IMG/VR virus record: IMGVR_UViG_3300032253_000017
Location: 1 to 36,782 of that record
Direction: 5' to 3' (one strand)
DNA: 36,782 nucleotides
Source of the DNA: a virus
Shown here: positions 23,432 to 31,960 of the stretch, piece by piece
Layout: the number at the start of each line of letters is the position of its first letter
How positions within the stretch are numbered: the stretch's first letter is position 1
The notes under the pieces: model-generated
What the model saw: the letters and a program-made list of their open reading frames with translations, nothing else
Databases searched by the model: none
What the model was told of the DNA's origin: nothing
Position numbers and translations under genes: made by a program

Positions 23432-24763
23432 TTACACTGGAAGTTGCGGATCTTCTTCAAAATCTACTCCTGTAGTATCTATTAAGTCAGCTTCATCTTC
23501 TGCCGTTACATTCTTGGGTAGTAACTCACCTTTAACCAATAAGCTTAAGAATGACATTAGGCTCATACCGCCTGATTGATAAACCTGTAAGTATGCTAAC
23601 AATGCTTGTGGCTCTAATTTAATATCAATAAAGTCTCTATTGATTGCGTATTCTGGAGCGCTAACTCCTTGCCATTCAGCCATAATTTCTAACAGGCTTT
23701 GTATAGTGTTATCAACGGTATTAGCTATCGTTGATAGTATTGCTGTTTCGCTTGATGCTTCAATTCGTGATGTTTCAGCAGATTTAACGCCGCTAGAGCC
23801 ATCTACTAGCATTTTAGCGCCTATACTTGCCATTGTCTTAACGTTATCATCAATTGCTGCTTTTAACGATCCTATACCTTGACCTGTGAATTCTAACAAC
23901 TCAACTCTAGCTTCTGTGTCATCGATATGGTTAGCACTACCAGCACCTACTTTAATTTGCTTTTTGTTTCCTGACTCATCGCGTAAATCACCAAATAAAA
24001 ACAAGGTAGGTAATGCAGTCCAGTGTAATCCATGCCTATGATCTGTACTCATTCTATATTGATCTAAATTAACGTTAGCAAGATGAAGCAATAATGGATC
24101 ACACTTTAATTCATTGGTTAATACAAAAGGAATCTCTGATAGTGGCTCACCTCTATTTGTAGGCATAAAGCTTTCAACAATAGAAAAGCCTTTTTTGCCG
24201 TTAGTTTCGCGCCATAAGTTCTGTATGTAATAACCTGACTCGTTAAACGTCAATTCTAAGTATTCTGTTTTTGTTTTTTGTTTATACTTATCTTTTTTAT
24301 CTTGCTCTTGATACGTTTGAGTAAGAACAATGTAATCATCAGAAATATTTATAATTGATTCTTTTGCGTATCGTTTAACTATTGGTTTGTCAGTGAATTC
24401 CACCAAGTAACCAACTGCGCCAGCATACAATAATTCTTTTATCATATCCCCGGTAAACTTTGTTAAATCTGTATTGTTTCCATCAATATCTTCTAGTATG
24501 TAATCTAAATTAGAATCAGGATCAAACAAGGCAGGCTTTCGCATAATAGCGCCGCTAACAGCATTAGCAGTAGGCTCAACAGTAGGAATTATAAACCCCC
24601 TTGTTAGGTATGATTCATATTCTGATTCAGTCTGACCGCCAAGCTTAGGCAAATAAACCTCACCTTTATCTTTTACAGTGAATTCGCCATCTGCAAAATC
24701 TCTAACTCTTGTTGATTTACTTATAGCTAAATCATAGCCTTCGTATTTTGTGTTAATTGGCAT
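23432..24763 (-). CDS. Portal protein, 443 aa
   Basis: Immediately downstream of terL. The N-terminus resembles DUF4055-type portals as recalled. Size is typical. Confidence 0.8.
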   Translation of the reverse strand: MPINTKYEGYDLAISKSTRVRDFADGEFTVKDKGEVYLPKLGGQTESEYESYLTRGFIIPTVEPTANAVSGAIMRKPALFDPDSNLDYILEDIDGNNTDLTKFTGDMIKELLYAGAVGYLVEFTDKPIVKRYAKESIINISDDYIVLTQTYQEQDKKDKYKQKTKTEYLELTFNESGYYIQNLWRETNGKKGFSIVESFMPTNRGEPLSEIPFVLTNELKCDPLLLHLANVNLDQYRMSTDHRHGLHWTALPTLFLFGDLRDESGNKKQIKVGAGSANHIDDTEARVELLEFTGQGIGSLKAAIDDNVKTMASIGAKMLVDGSSGVKSAETSRIEASSETAILSTIANTVDNTIQSLLEIMAEWQGVSAPEYAINRDFIDIKLEPQALLAYLQVYQSGGMSLMSFLSLLVKGELLPKNVTAEDEADLIDTTGVDFEEDPQLPV

Positions 24764-24765
24764 TA

Positions 24766-26142
24766 TTAAAATCCTGTAAAATCTAAATCTGACACTCTAT
24801 TGCTGTTTACTAAGTATACACTAAGCGCCATTATAAAAGAATCAGCCTTATTAGGTGACTTAACATCTCTTTTCTTTAAGTCGTCCTTGCTTTCAACTTT
24901 TACGCGGCCTGCTTTATCAAAATCACGCCTTGGTGTTGTTAACTCTGTCATTAGCGACTCGATGTTATTTATCTTTGAGCTAACACTTATTAAATCATCG
25001 CTAGAGTAATTTTTATTACCATTATGCAAGTAGTCATACGTATTTCTTAATCTGTCAGCGACTAGCCACCAAGCTTGCGCTTTAATGTTTGAAAAATACT
25101 CTTTGTTTTTAACACCGTTATATTTCTGAGATGGTTTGATAACCTTTCCGCCTGCATTAAAGCCTGCAAAATCATTAAAATTAGCTGCTTGCAAAGTAGA
25201 ACCAGTGTGAGCGCCAACACCAATAGAATCATAAACAACCTTAGCGCGATGCTTAATAGCTTCAATGCGTACTCTGTCAGCAGACTTTTTAAGCTCATTC
25301 TCTCCGCCTTGCCACTCATAACAATCAGTTATTATTGCGCCATCACATATCGTAACAGCGTTCTTATCATCTCCACTGTCTGCAACATCATAACCAAGCA
25401 CTTTAGCACCTTGCATCTCGCCATCATATTTAAGATGAAAATCAATAGCAGCTTCAACCCATGACCTTTTAATTATAACTGCATCATCATCACTTAATGG
25501 TTTACCTAAATAAACATGCTCGTAACGCTCAAAATCTTTTTCTTTTAGTTCTTTTATGCTCTCTCTGAGCGTATCTGATAAAAACGGATTATCAGTATAA
25601 TTAATCCATCTAACCATTGAATTTTTAGGCGGATCGACAATAAAATTCTGCCATACAAAATCAGTTATTAATCTACCGTTAAAGCTTATCCATATTTCAG
25701 AGTTTTGCTTTCTTATTGTTGGCTCTAGTATTTCCCATTGCTCTTTAGTTAGGTTATGCGCCTCTTCGATCCATAAAACATCAGCACCTTCAAATGATTT
25801 TATCTCATCAATGTTTCGCTCTATACCATAAAAAACAAACTCACTACCGTTTTCATGCTCAATAGTTGTTGCTAATTTCTTATAGCCATCAAAACCAAAA
25901 TTATCTATTTGATCCTTGATTAATGTATAGACTGATTCTTTTATCTTATTCTGAAATCTACGAACGCACAAAACCCTAGTTTTATACTCTTGTGCTATTT
26001 GAGATATACGGCCTGCAAATTCCCACGACTTAGTGGATGCCCTGCCTCCATGCAACACCCTGTTTCTAGCTTGGATAAGGTTACCATCAACATCAACCCA
26101 GAAATCTTTTAGCTTAGGGTTCAGTGTTGCCATACATATCAC
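24766..26142 (-). CDS. terL: Terminase large subunit (PBSX/Terminase_3 type)
   Basis: Walker A-like HGGRASTKSW near the N-terminus, with a nuclease-half pattern at the C-terminus. 458 aa. The alternative start is ATG 26133. Confidence 0.85.
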   Translation of the reverse strand: MICMATLNPKLKDFWVDVDGNLIQARNRVLHGGRASTKSWEFAGRISQIAQEYKTRVLCVRRFQNKIKESVYTLIKDQIDNFGFDGYKKLATTIEHENGSEFVFYGIERNIDEIKSFEGADVLWIEEAHNLTKEQWEILEPTIRKQNSEIWISFNGRLITDFVWQNFIVDPPKNSMVRWINYTDNPFLSDTLRESIKELKEKDFERYEHVYLGKPLSDDDAVIIKRSWVEAAIDFHLKYDGEMQGAKVLGYDVADSGDDKNAVTICDGAIITDCYEWQGGENELKKSADRVRIEAIKHRAKVVYDSIGVGAHTGSTLQAANFNDFAGFNAGGKVIKPSQKYNGVKNKEYFSNIKAQAWWLVADRLRNTYDYLHNGNKNYSSDDLISVSSKINNIESLMTELTTPRRDFDKAGRVKVESKDDLKKRDVKSPNKADSFIMALSVYLVNSNRVSDLDFTGF

Positions 26143-26512
26143 TAAATGTTTTAACCTCTTTGTTTTCGTTTTGCACTACTTGAGTGTCTTTCCAGTTCAT
26201 ATTTTTAAGCGCGAAAATTGCACCTGTAGGGTTTGCTTTTTGAAGCATGTACTCGTATTCATTCTCAACTAAACACCTTGCCCTTTTTATTATGCAAGAA
26301 AACTCTTCTTTCTTTTCGTAGTCATAAAATGATTGTCTTGATGAAAATCCGCACGAAAGAACTAAACCTGTAATAGAAATAAAAGGCAATTCTTTGTCGT
26401 CATGTATTCTTACTGGTGGGTTATCGAAGTATGCTTGTATAGCTTCTTTCAATGATTCAGGTGTGTGAAGCTCTGGCCTTCCACCGTTACTATATATCTT
26501 TACTTTCGTCAT
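26114..26512 (-). CDS. terS: Terminase small subunit (gp3-type DNA-packaging protein)
   Basis: GGRPELHTPESLKEAIQAYFD N-terminus is typical of this TerS family. It overlaps terL by 29 nt. Confidence 0.65.
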   Translation of the reverse strand: MTKVKIYSNGGRPELHTPESLKEAIQAYFDNPPVRIHDDKELPFISITGLVLSCGFSSRQSFYDYEKKEEFSCIIKRARCLVENEYEYMLQKANPTGAIFALKNMNWKDTQVVQNENKEVKTFSDMYGNTEP

Positions 26513-26580
26513 TATATAACTCCGCTATAAATGATTAACGCCTACACTGTAAACGTTTTATATCTGTACTGAGACAAGTT

Positions 26581-26615
26581 AACCTAGCAATTGATTTAAC
26601 TAGGTTTTATTTTTT
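26581..26615 (+). terminator. Hairpin AACCTAG-N12-CTAGGTT followed by a T-rich run (terminator-like only in + orientation)
   Basis: Read by hand in the gap upstream of terS. The orientation is wrong for the flanking minus-strand genes, so function is uncertain. Confidence 0.2.
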
Positions 26616-26616
26616 A

Positions 26617-27066
26617 CTAACTTGTTGTAATAGTTCCTGCACCACTAGCGTTAACAGTAAAGTTTAACCCTAGCGTAGTATCAGCAGCAGTTGTGCCGCC
26701 ATCGGCAGTTATATCAATAAACTTAAATACATGTTTACTTGCGTGTGTGTCGTTATATACAGCAATAGTCTTGCCTGTAATTGGGTTTGCGCCATCAGCG
26801 GCAAAGCTAAAGTCAGCATAATCTAATGTAGATACTGCGCCTGACTTAACCCATGTTTTAGATGCTAGCGTTGTGTCCTGTACGTAATTTCCTGCACTAG
26901 CAACTTTAGTGTAACTTGCAATACCAATTGCTGCGGCAGTAGCATCAATTACTGTGTAACTATCTGTCAACATAACCCACTTAAACACATCTGTTGAATT
27001 ATTATAAGCGCCTAACCCTGCTTGATAATCATACTCACTTGTTTTCTTACTGTCTGATAAAGCCAT
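26617..27066 (-). CDS. Beta-rich structural-like hypothetical protein, 149 aa
   Basis: Follows the beta-helix fibre gene. Composition is T/A/G/S/D-rich. No motif recognised. Confidence 0.45.
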   Translation of the reverse strand: MALSDSKKTSEYDYQAGLGAYNNSTDVFKWVMLTDSYTVIDATAAAIGIASYTKVASAGNYVQDTTLASKTWVKSGAVSTLDYADFSFAADGANPITGKTIAVYNDTHASKHVFKFIDITADGGTTAADTTLGLNFTVNASGAGTITTS

Positions 27067-27075
27067 GTTAAGCCC

Positions 27076-28536
27076 TTATTTAAAATTAACCGTTATAGCG
27101 CTTGGTTTGTAGCCTACGCTGATTGAATCATTTTCATATTTTACACTAATACCGCTATCTTTAAAACCAACCGTTACATTGCCAATAGTTTGCACTTGTC
27201 CTGATGATATAAATGGGTTGTTTGATGCTGATAAACTATCAATAGAGTTTGGCGAAATATTTACAATTGATTTAAATTCTATCAGTGGATTTACTGAATC
27301 GCTTTGACTGTCTATTGCGTTAGGTGATATTGATAACGAACTAGTAAAGCTAATTACTGGATCTAAACTTAACGATGAACTATCAATAACATTTGGTGCT
27401 AAATTTAATACACTTGCAAATTGTATACTTGGATTGCTAGACGATGAATCTGAATCTATTACTTGAGGCGTGACGTTTAATACGCTACTAAATGATATTA
27501 ACGGGTCGTTACTTGTTGAACCCGAATCAATAGAGTTAGGCGAAACATTTAAAATACTTTCAAATGTGACTATAGGATTTAATGCAGCGCTTGAGCTATC
27601 AATACTTAATGGTGATATATTTACTACAGAGTTAAAAGCTATTGCTGGGTTGCTTGATGTGCTAACGCTGTTTATTGAGCTTGGTGTTACTTCAATTGCT
27701 GAGCCACTACTTTCTAAGGCGTAACCAATAAAATCAACGCTACCAGCAGTAGCCAACGCGCTACCTGATGCAGTTCTGAAATCACCGCCTGCATAGTTCG
27801 CTAAGTCTGCGGTAGTTCTATTCTGTAATGAGTTGCCGTTGTCTGGTGCATCTGTTCCGTCACTAGCGTTATAGTCTGAGGCTGCGTTAAATGTACCGAG
27901 CCAAGGATCTGGACTACCTATAGATAGTGAATTGGTTATGGTGGTATCTGCTGTACCTGTATCTATACCTACCGCACTAGCGTCAACTGATGTTAGTTTG
28001 TTTGCTGTACGGATGTTATTGTTACCAAAGTCAAACCCTGTAGTTCCTAAATATGATAAACACTCGCTTATATTTAGATTGTTGGCGTTATTCATAAAAA
28101 ACAAAATTGCGCCTGATGTAGATGCTGTAGTTGCGTAAACATTTGATATTGTACAATCATTGCCGAACCAATCTACACCCCTGCCAGAACCTAGTGTTCT
28201 AGTGTTTTTAAATCCTATACCTGATAACCTAGTAAAGCTTGATGAGTTAACGAAAACACCAGCAAAACCTACTGATGCCGTAAGGTAAATCCCTGCATCG
28301 GTTACGTGGTCATATTCATCACCTGTAGCTGCTTTTATATCCACATACCTTGTTGCGTCTTGTGTTATGGCAGGCATGGTCACACTATCAGCCAAGCCGC
28401 CAGAAAACTTACTTACAATAATTCTCCACTGCTCATCTGCCGCTACTAGGTTTGCTGTTATTGCTGCTACGGCTGTTGATAGTAAAGTATAATCTCCGCC
28501 ACTAGGTTTAACTGTTTTTGTTATTACCGTAGCCAT
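27076..28536 (-). CDS. Fibre/tailspike-like protein: N-terminal right-handed beta-helix-like region plus seven 24-aa tandem repeats
   Basis: KPSGGDYTLLSTAVAAI is typical of pectate-lyase-fold depolymerase N-termini (recollection). NDCTISNVYA and NISECLSY look like beta-helix rungs. The repeats are described in a separate feature. Confidence 0.6.
   Translation of the reverse strand: MATVITKTVKPSGGDYTLLSTAVAAITANLVAADEQWRIIVSKFSGGLADSVTMPAITQDATRYVDIKAATGDEYDHVTDAGIYLTASVGFAGVFVNSSSFTRLSGIGFKNTRTLGSGRGVDWFGNDCTISNVYATTASTSGAILFFMNNANNLNISECLSYLGTTGFDFGNNNIRTANKLTSVDASAVGIDTGTADTTITNSLSIGSPDPWLGTFNAASDYNASDGTDAPDNGNSLQNRTTADLANYAGGDFRTASGSALATAGSVDFIGYALESSGSAIEVTPSSINSVSTSSNPAIAFNSVVNISPLSIDSSSAALNPIVTFESILNVSPNSIDSGSTSNDPLISFSSVLNVTPQVIDSDSSSSNPSIQFASVLNLAPNVIDSSSLSLDPVISFTSSLSISPNAIDSQSDSVNPLIEFKSIVNISPNSIDSLSASNNPFISSGQVQTIGNVTVGFKDSGISVKYENDSISVGYKPSAITVNFK
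27187..27690 (-). repeat. Seven tandem 72-bp (24-aa) degenerate coding repeats
   Basis: The unit is [VIL]-[STA]-P-x-x-I-[DN]-S-x-S-x-S-x-[ND]-P-x-I-x-F-x-S-[VIL]-[VL]-N, covering aa 283-450 of the 486-aa protein. Confidence 0.85.
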
Positions 28537-28904
28537 TATGTGCGCTCAACTATGAAATGCTCTAACTCTGCAAAAGTAACAGTAACTTCACCGTTAAAGT
28601 ATAGTGACTGAAAGAATTCAGATTCCGGATCTGGTTGTGTGAAGTGATATTTATTATCTGTTGCCGTTAGTGTTCCATCAATATCAACTACTAACTTCCC
28701 TCTAAACCACTCCATTTCTTCTAGTGATCTGTCAGAGATAACCACTAATGAAAACGTCCTAGGCCAATCATCCACATCTTCCCCAGAAGTAACCCACGCT
28801 TGCATAGTTTCGTTTTTAGCCCACTGATGCTCACCATCTACTAGTGATATCCACTCAGCTTTAGGTACTGCGCATAAGTTTGCTACTAATATTTGACAAG
28901 GCAT
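28536..28904 (-). CDS. Hypothetical protein, 122 aa
   Basis: ORF coupled to its neighbours with overlapping stop and start. Acidic, no motif recognised. Confidence 0.5.
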   Translation of the reverse strand: MPCQILVANLCAVPKAEWISLVDGEHQWAKNETMQAWVTSGEDVDDWPRTFSLVVISDRSLEEMEWFRGKLVVDIDGTLTATDNKYHFTQPDPESEFFQSLYFNGEVTVTFAELEHFIVERT

Positions 28905-29110
28905 TATTTACAACCACGTTGTTTATTGTTTGGATATATTCGACTGTTTGAAAGCGGCTTTACTTTAAATTCATACTGACCTATAAAGCAGTATATATAC
29001 CTATTAGTGTTGTTTTTTACGTATAGGCCATTTTTTGCATTTATAAATTGAAACGGTAATGACGCGCTTAAACTAAATGACAAAATGCTAATCAATAATA
29101 TTTTCAGCAT
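28904..29110 (-). CDS. Small secreted protein, 68 aa, in the o-spanin position but with no lipobox
   Basis: MLKILLISILSFSLSAS is a signal-like N-terminus. It overlaps the upstream TM/coiled-coil gene by 23 nt. Two Cys residues, but none at a lipobox position. Confidence 0.45.
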   Translation of the reverse strand: MLKILLISILSFSLSASLPFQFINAKNGLYVKNNTNRYIYCFIGQYEFKVKPLSNSRIYPNNKQRGCK

Positions 29111-29390
29111 TTAAAATCGCCTCTTGTGCTTTTACTATTCTTTTAGTTGAGCTTACTATTGACTCATAATGTCGATTTTCACTAGTTGTAAGCTCTCTTT
29201 CTAGTTTTATTCTGTCTAAGCTATCAAGTTGTAAATCGTTTATTTTTATATTTGATTCTGACCACTTAAAGTTATTTATAGTGATAGATCTTTGTAAATC
29301 TGATTTTGTTGCAAGCTGTGAATATCCAGCGTAAAGAAATCCTGATATTGTTATCAGCGCCGTTATTGTTGCCAGCTTATCACTAAGCAT
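29088..29390 (-). CDS. i-spanin-like protein (N-terminal TM plus coiled coil), 100 aa
   Basis: TITALITISGFLYAGY is the TM segment, followed by a charged helical region. Located just after the holin candidate. Confidence 0.4.
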   Translation of the reverse strand: MLSDKLATITALITISGFLYAGYSQLATKSDLQRSITINNFKWSESNIKINDLQLDSLDRIKLERELTTSENRHYESIVSSTKRIVKAQEAILNAENIID

Positions 29391-29707
29391 TAGCTTATTT
29401 TTCTTAAAATAGATTGAACACCGTTGTTTATAGTTCTGAACTCTTCCCTAGTTTCATCTATATGTAAATCAAGCTTTGCACCTTGTGAAACTATTTCTTT
29501 TTTGTTTTCATTGGCTAGCGTTGCCTTTCGCCAAGTTAAACAATAAAAAACTGAAGCAGTAACACCGAACAAAAACGACAATATTACGCCAATTCCAGCA
29601 GCGTTTTCATTGATGAAAGTGAACCAGCCAAAGTAACTACTTGCGCCTGAACTTACGGCTGATATTGTTGCTCCATCCGCTAAATGTTTTATTGTTTCTT
29701 GCTTCAT
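29390..29707 (-). CDS. Class II holin candidate (phage 21 S-like, two TM segments)
   Basis: AVSSGASSYFGWFTFINENAAGIGVILSFLFGVTASVFYCLTWRK aligns by eye with S21 ...GTSAGSAGYWFLQWLDQ...[23 protein letters not shown] (recollection). Confidence 0.45.
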   Translation of the reverse strand: MKQETIKHLADGATISAVSSGASSYFGWFTFINENAAGIGVILSFLFGVTASVFYCLTWRKATLANENKKEIVSQGAKLDLHIDETREEFRTINNGVQSILRKIS

Positions 29708-30246
29708 GCCTTGCTATCTCTCTTTTCTTGTGTAGATAGACCCTTACAAGAACTGTTGCTATAAAAAATAGTCCTAGATAGCAGCTTCTGTACTCTGCCA
29801 AGTGATTCAATAAATCCATTATAAGAAACGCCCATTTGCAGTAGTCCAACGGTTATAATCAATTCATCATAGTAACTGTAAAAAAACAAAGTAAACCATG
29901 ACGAAGCTATTGTTAAATCATATATTATCATAGTATGGCAAAGCACAGCAAAAGCAAGTATAAGCGAATACTTCCATGCTGATTTATCGAATATCAAAAA
30001 CATGGTCAATATTAGTGCTGTTAATCCATCAATTAATATTAGTACGCGCTTGCTAGCTAAATAATCTAACCGGTCAAACATACCTGTTATTGATGTTATA
30101 GAATAAAAACACCAAGCAACAAACAAAATAAATGCGCTCACTTTTGTTCTGCTACTTCCAAATAAAAGCAAAATAAAAAACCACACCATTAAAAAGCATG
30201 ACATGTTCATAGCTAACAAGTGTGGTTGATACATGTTACCAGCCAA
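29704..30246 (-). CDS. Polytopic inner-membrane protein (about 5 TM segments), unknown function
   Basis: Strongly hydrophobic 180-aa ORF. The TTG start at 30246 is doubtful, and ATG 30234 is likely. Confidence 0.55.
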   Translation of the reverse strand: MAGNMYQPHLLAMNMSCFLMVWFFILLLFGSSRTKVSAFILFVAWCFYSITSITGMFDRLDYLASKRVLILIDGLTALILTMFLIFDKSAWKYSLILAFAVLCHTMIIYDLTIASSWFTLFFYSYYDELIITVGLLQMGVSYNGFIESLGRVQKLLSRTIFYSNSSCKGLSTQEKRDSKA

Positions 30247-30351
30247 TTACTTAGGTGGGTTTACTGGTGGCTTAACTGGTTTTTCTTTACCGTCTGGCAT
30301 AACTTACCCTTTTAATTAAATCACTATTGATCGGATTTATTATATCACTAT

Positions 30352-30750
30352 TTACTTATTCTGTTTAGTGTTTGCGTAGTTAACACCAAATGATGCTGTG
30401 ACAATTATCCCGTATAGCGTGGTTATCGGAACAAACAGGCTTGTCATTTTATCTGTTGCATTGCTTAGCGCCACCAAAACATAATCATCTTTTGTTAGTG
30501 TGTCACCAACATACATTGAATACACTAGCTCAATAAAGATCATTAATGCTGTAGATATTAAATAAAACTTATACATACCGCCAACATTGTTAGATTGATC
30601 GCGCCTCATTTTGCCGTTTGGGTCTAAAGTTTTAACCATTAGCGCTTTAGCTTCTGCGCTTTCCATGTCGGTTTCTATCCATTCAGAGGCTATATTTTCA
30701 ATTGACTTCATAGCGCCACCACTAAAAAAGCCTAATACTTTACTTAACAT
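30352..30750 (-). CDS. Membrane protein, tentatively a GTA-type 3-TM holin-like protein
   Basis: MLSKVLGFFSGGAMKSIENIASEWIETD...AEAKAL followed by hydrophobic segments resembles the PF11351 family as recalled. Confidence 0.35.
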   Translation of the reverse strand: MLSKVLGFFSGGAMKSIENIASEWIETDMESAEAKALMVKTLDPNGKMRRDQSNNVGGMYKFYLISTALMIFIELVYSMYVGDTLTKDDYVLVALSNATDKMTSLFVPITTLYGIIVTASFGVNYANTKQNK

Positions 30751-31378
30751 AATAATCCTTAGTATCTGCGCGGTCTTTTATTTTATACTTAATCAGCGCT
30801 GACCTTAATGGCTCTGACTGTAGTAACGCTATATCTAATATCAACTTATACTTAAAACTCTTGTATGCTGCACTTGCCTCTTCCTTTGTGTCGAAATACC
30901 CAAGACTAACCCTTGATCCATTTTTCCTACATCGCGCGTGATACTTTCCATACCTCTCATGCAAGCTAACTCCTTGTGCTGGCGATTTGTGATCACCATC
31001 TTGACTGATGAGTAGAGAGTTTATCTTACCAGTTACAAATATGCACATTTCTGGACTGTAAACCTTATTTCCTTGTTGTAATATGTCCTTGTCAAGCTCC
31101 AGACCTTCCCACTCCTGCCTTTTCATCCACCTTTTGAAGTTAGAAAAGGTTAGCCATTCATCACAAACAGTACACTCTTTGTACGTTGGAGAGGATTCTT
31201 GATAATTAACAGAGTAACATCTTTTTATCATGCAGTGCCATCTTTTATAAAACGGACAGGGAGCTTGCTTTCCATTAATTAATGGGCAAACAATATAGTC
31301 AGCATCGTTTATTCCAACACCGAACACTGGCTTCCTTTTGCTTATTGATCTTTTGTTTGCTGGAATTTCTATAAACAT
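30740..31378 (-). CDS. Free-standing homing-endonuclease-like protein (HNH-type core plus C-terminal AP2 DNA-binding domain)
   Basis: FYKRWHCMIKRCYS...CTVCDEWLTFSNF...GLELDKDILQQGNKVYSPEMCIFVT is the family core. The AP2-like part is GVSLHERYGKYHARCRKNGSRVSLGYFDTKEEASAAYK. ATG 31378 has AAGGT 8 nt upstream and is preferred over GTG 31465. Confidence 0.7.
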   Translation of the reverse strand: MFIEIPANKRSISKRKPVFGVGINDADYIVCPLINGKQAPCPFYKRWHCMIKRCYSVNYQESSPTYKECTVCDEWLTFSNFKRWMKRQEWEGLELDKDILQQGNKVYSPEMCIFVTGKINSLLISQDGDHKSPAQGVSLHERYGKYHARCRKNGSRVSLGYFDTKEEASAAYKSFKYKLILDIALLQSEPLRSALIKYKIKDRADTKDYYVK

Positions 31379-31477
31379 AATAATTACCTTAGTGTAATTG
31401 CTTAGAATTGAAGTTTTGTGCCAGTCTGTTCTAAGGTCAGATATTCCCCCGCTAAAGGTAGGCACAAAATAATTATA

Positions 31478-31879
31478 TCATGAACTTAATTGAAAGTGAG
31501 GCATATCAACAAAATTAATCCATAGACCGCCCCATTCTAATTTATAACCTAGCACGCTAGCAGCTTGAAGTATTGCCGCAGCAACATTAGTTATATCATC
31601 ACTACCCCATGATGCTTTACCATTAACATAGGCATAAATATCGAAAGCTTTGCCTGTTTGATGGTAGCTTCTGTTTTTGTACCCATCGCACTTAGATACC
31701 TTTTGGTCAAATAACTCTTTTTGTCTTTCTTTTGACCGTAACCCTCCATCACTAGGTATTCCAAAATCAACCTTTGTTAATGTCAGTGCTAGTTCGATTA
31801 TTTCATGTATTCTTTCATCGACACCGTTTAATCTTTCTTTTGACCTATCACTTAATTTAAACATATCAACCCCTTTCAA
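31478..31879 (-). CDS. Endolysin, peptidase M15 (L-alanyl-D-glutamate / VanY-like zinc peptidase)
   Basis: Zn ligand pattern SYHQTGKAFD ... DMPHFQL. Overall similarity to T5-type endolysin as recalled. No signal or SAR sequence. Confidence 0.8.
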   Translation of the reverse strand: MKGVDMFKLSDRSKERLNGVDERIHEIIELALTLTKVDFGIPSDGGLRSKERQKELFDQKVSKCDGYKNRSYHQTGKAFDIYAYVNGKASWGSDDITNVAAAILQAASVLGYKLEWGGLWINFVDMPHFQLSS

Positions 31880-31960
31880 TTGTGTGACATATTAATTCAT
31901 TGTCATAACCTAACTTACCGATAGTGCATAGGTTTGTACTATGTGTTACTAAACTTAATT

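Noticed and set aside
23294-23485. 63-aa + strand ORF, and a 25-codon - ORF, in the portal-MuF gap
   Set aside because: The + ORF runs antisense to both neighbours and spans the hairpin. The 25-codon ORF overlaps the MuF start out of frame. Neither has a convincing RBS.
26581-26615. Terminator for the gene upstream of terS
   Set aside because: The hairpin has its T-run only on the + strand, whereas the flanking genes are on the - strand. It is kept as a low-confidence feature only.
28904-29110. Calling the 68-aa protein an o-spanin
   Set aside because: Position and overlap with the i-spanin-like gene fit. But there is no lipobox (no Cys after the signal-like segment), so the call is not supported. 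It is reported only as an anomaly.
29637-29849. 70-aa minus-strand ORF overlapping two membrane-protein genes
   Set aside because: It is an alternative frame entirely inside or overlapping the 180-aa and 105-aa ORFs, which form a coupled series. There is no independent support.
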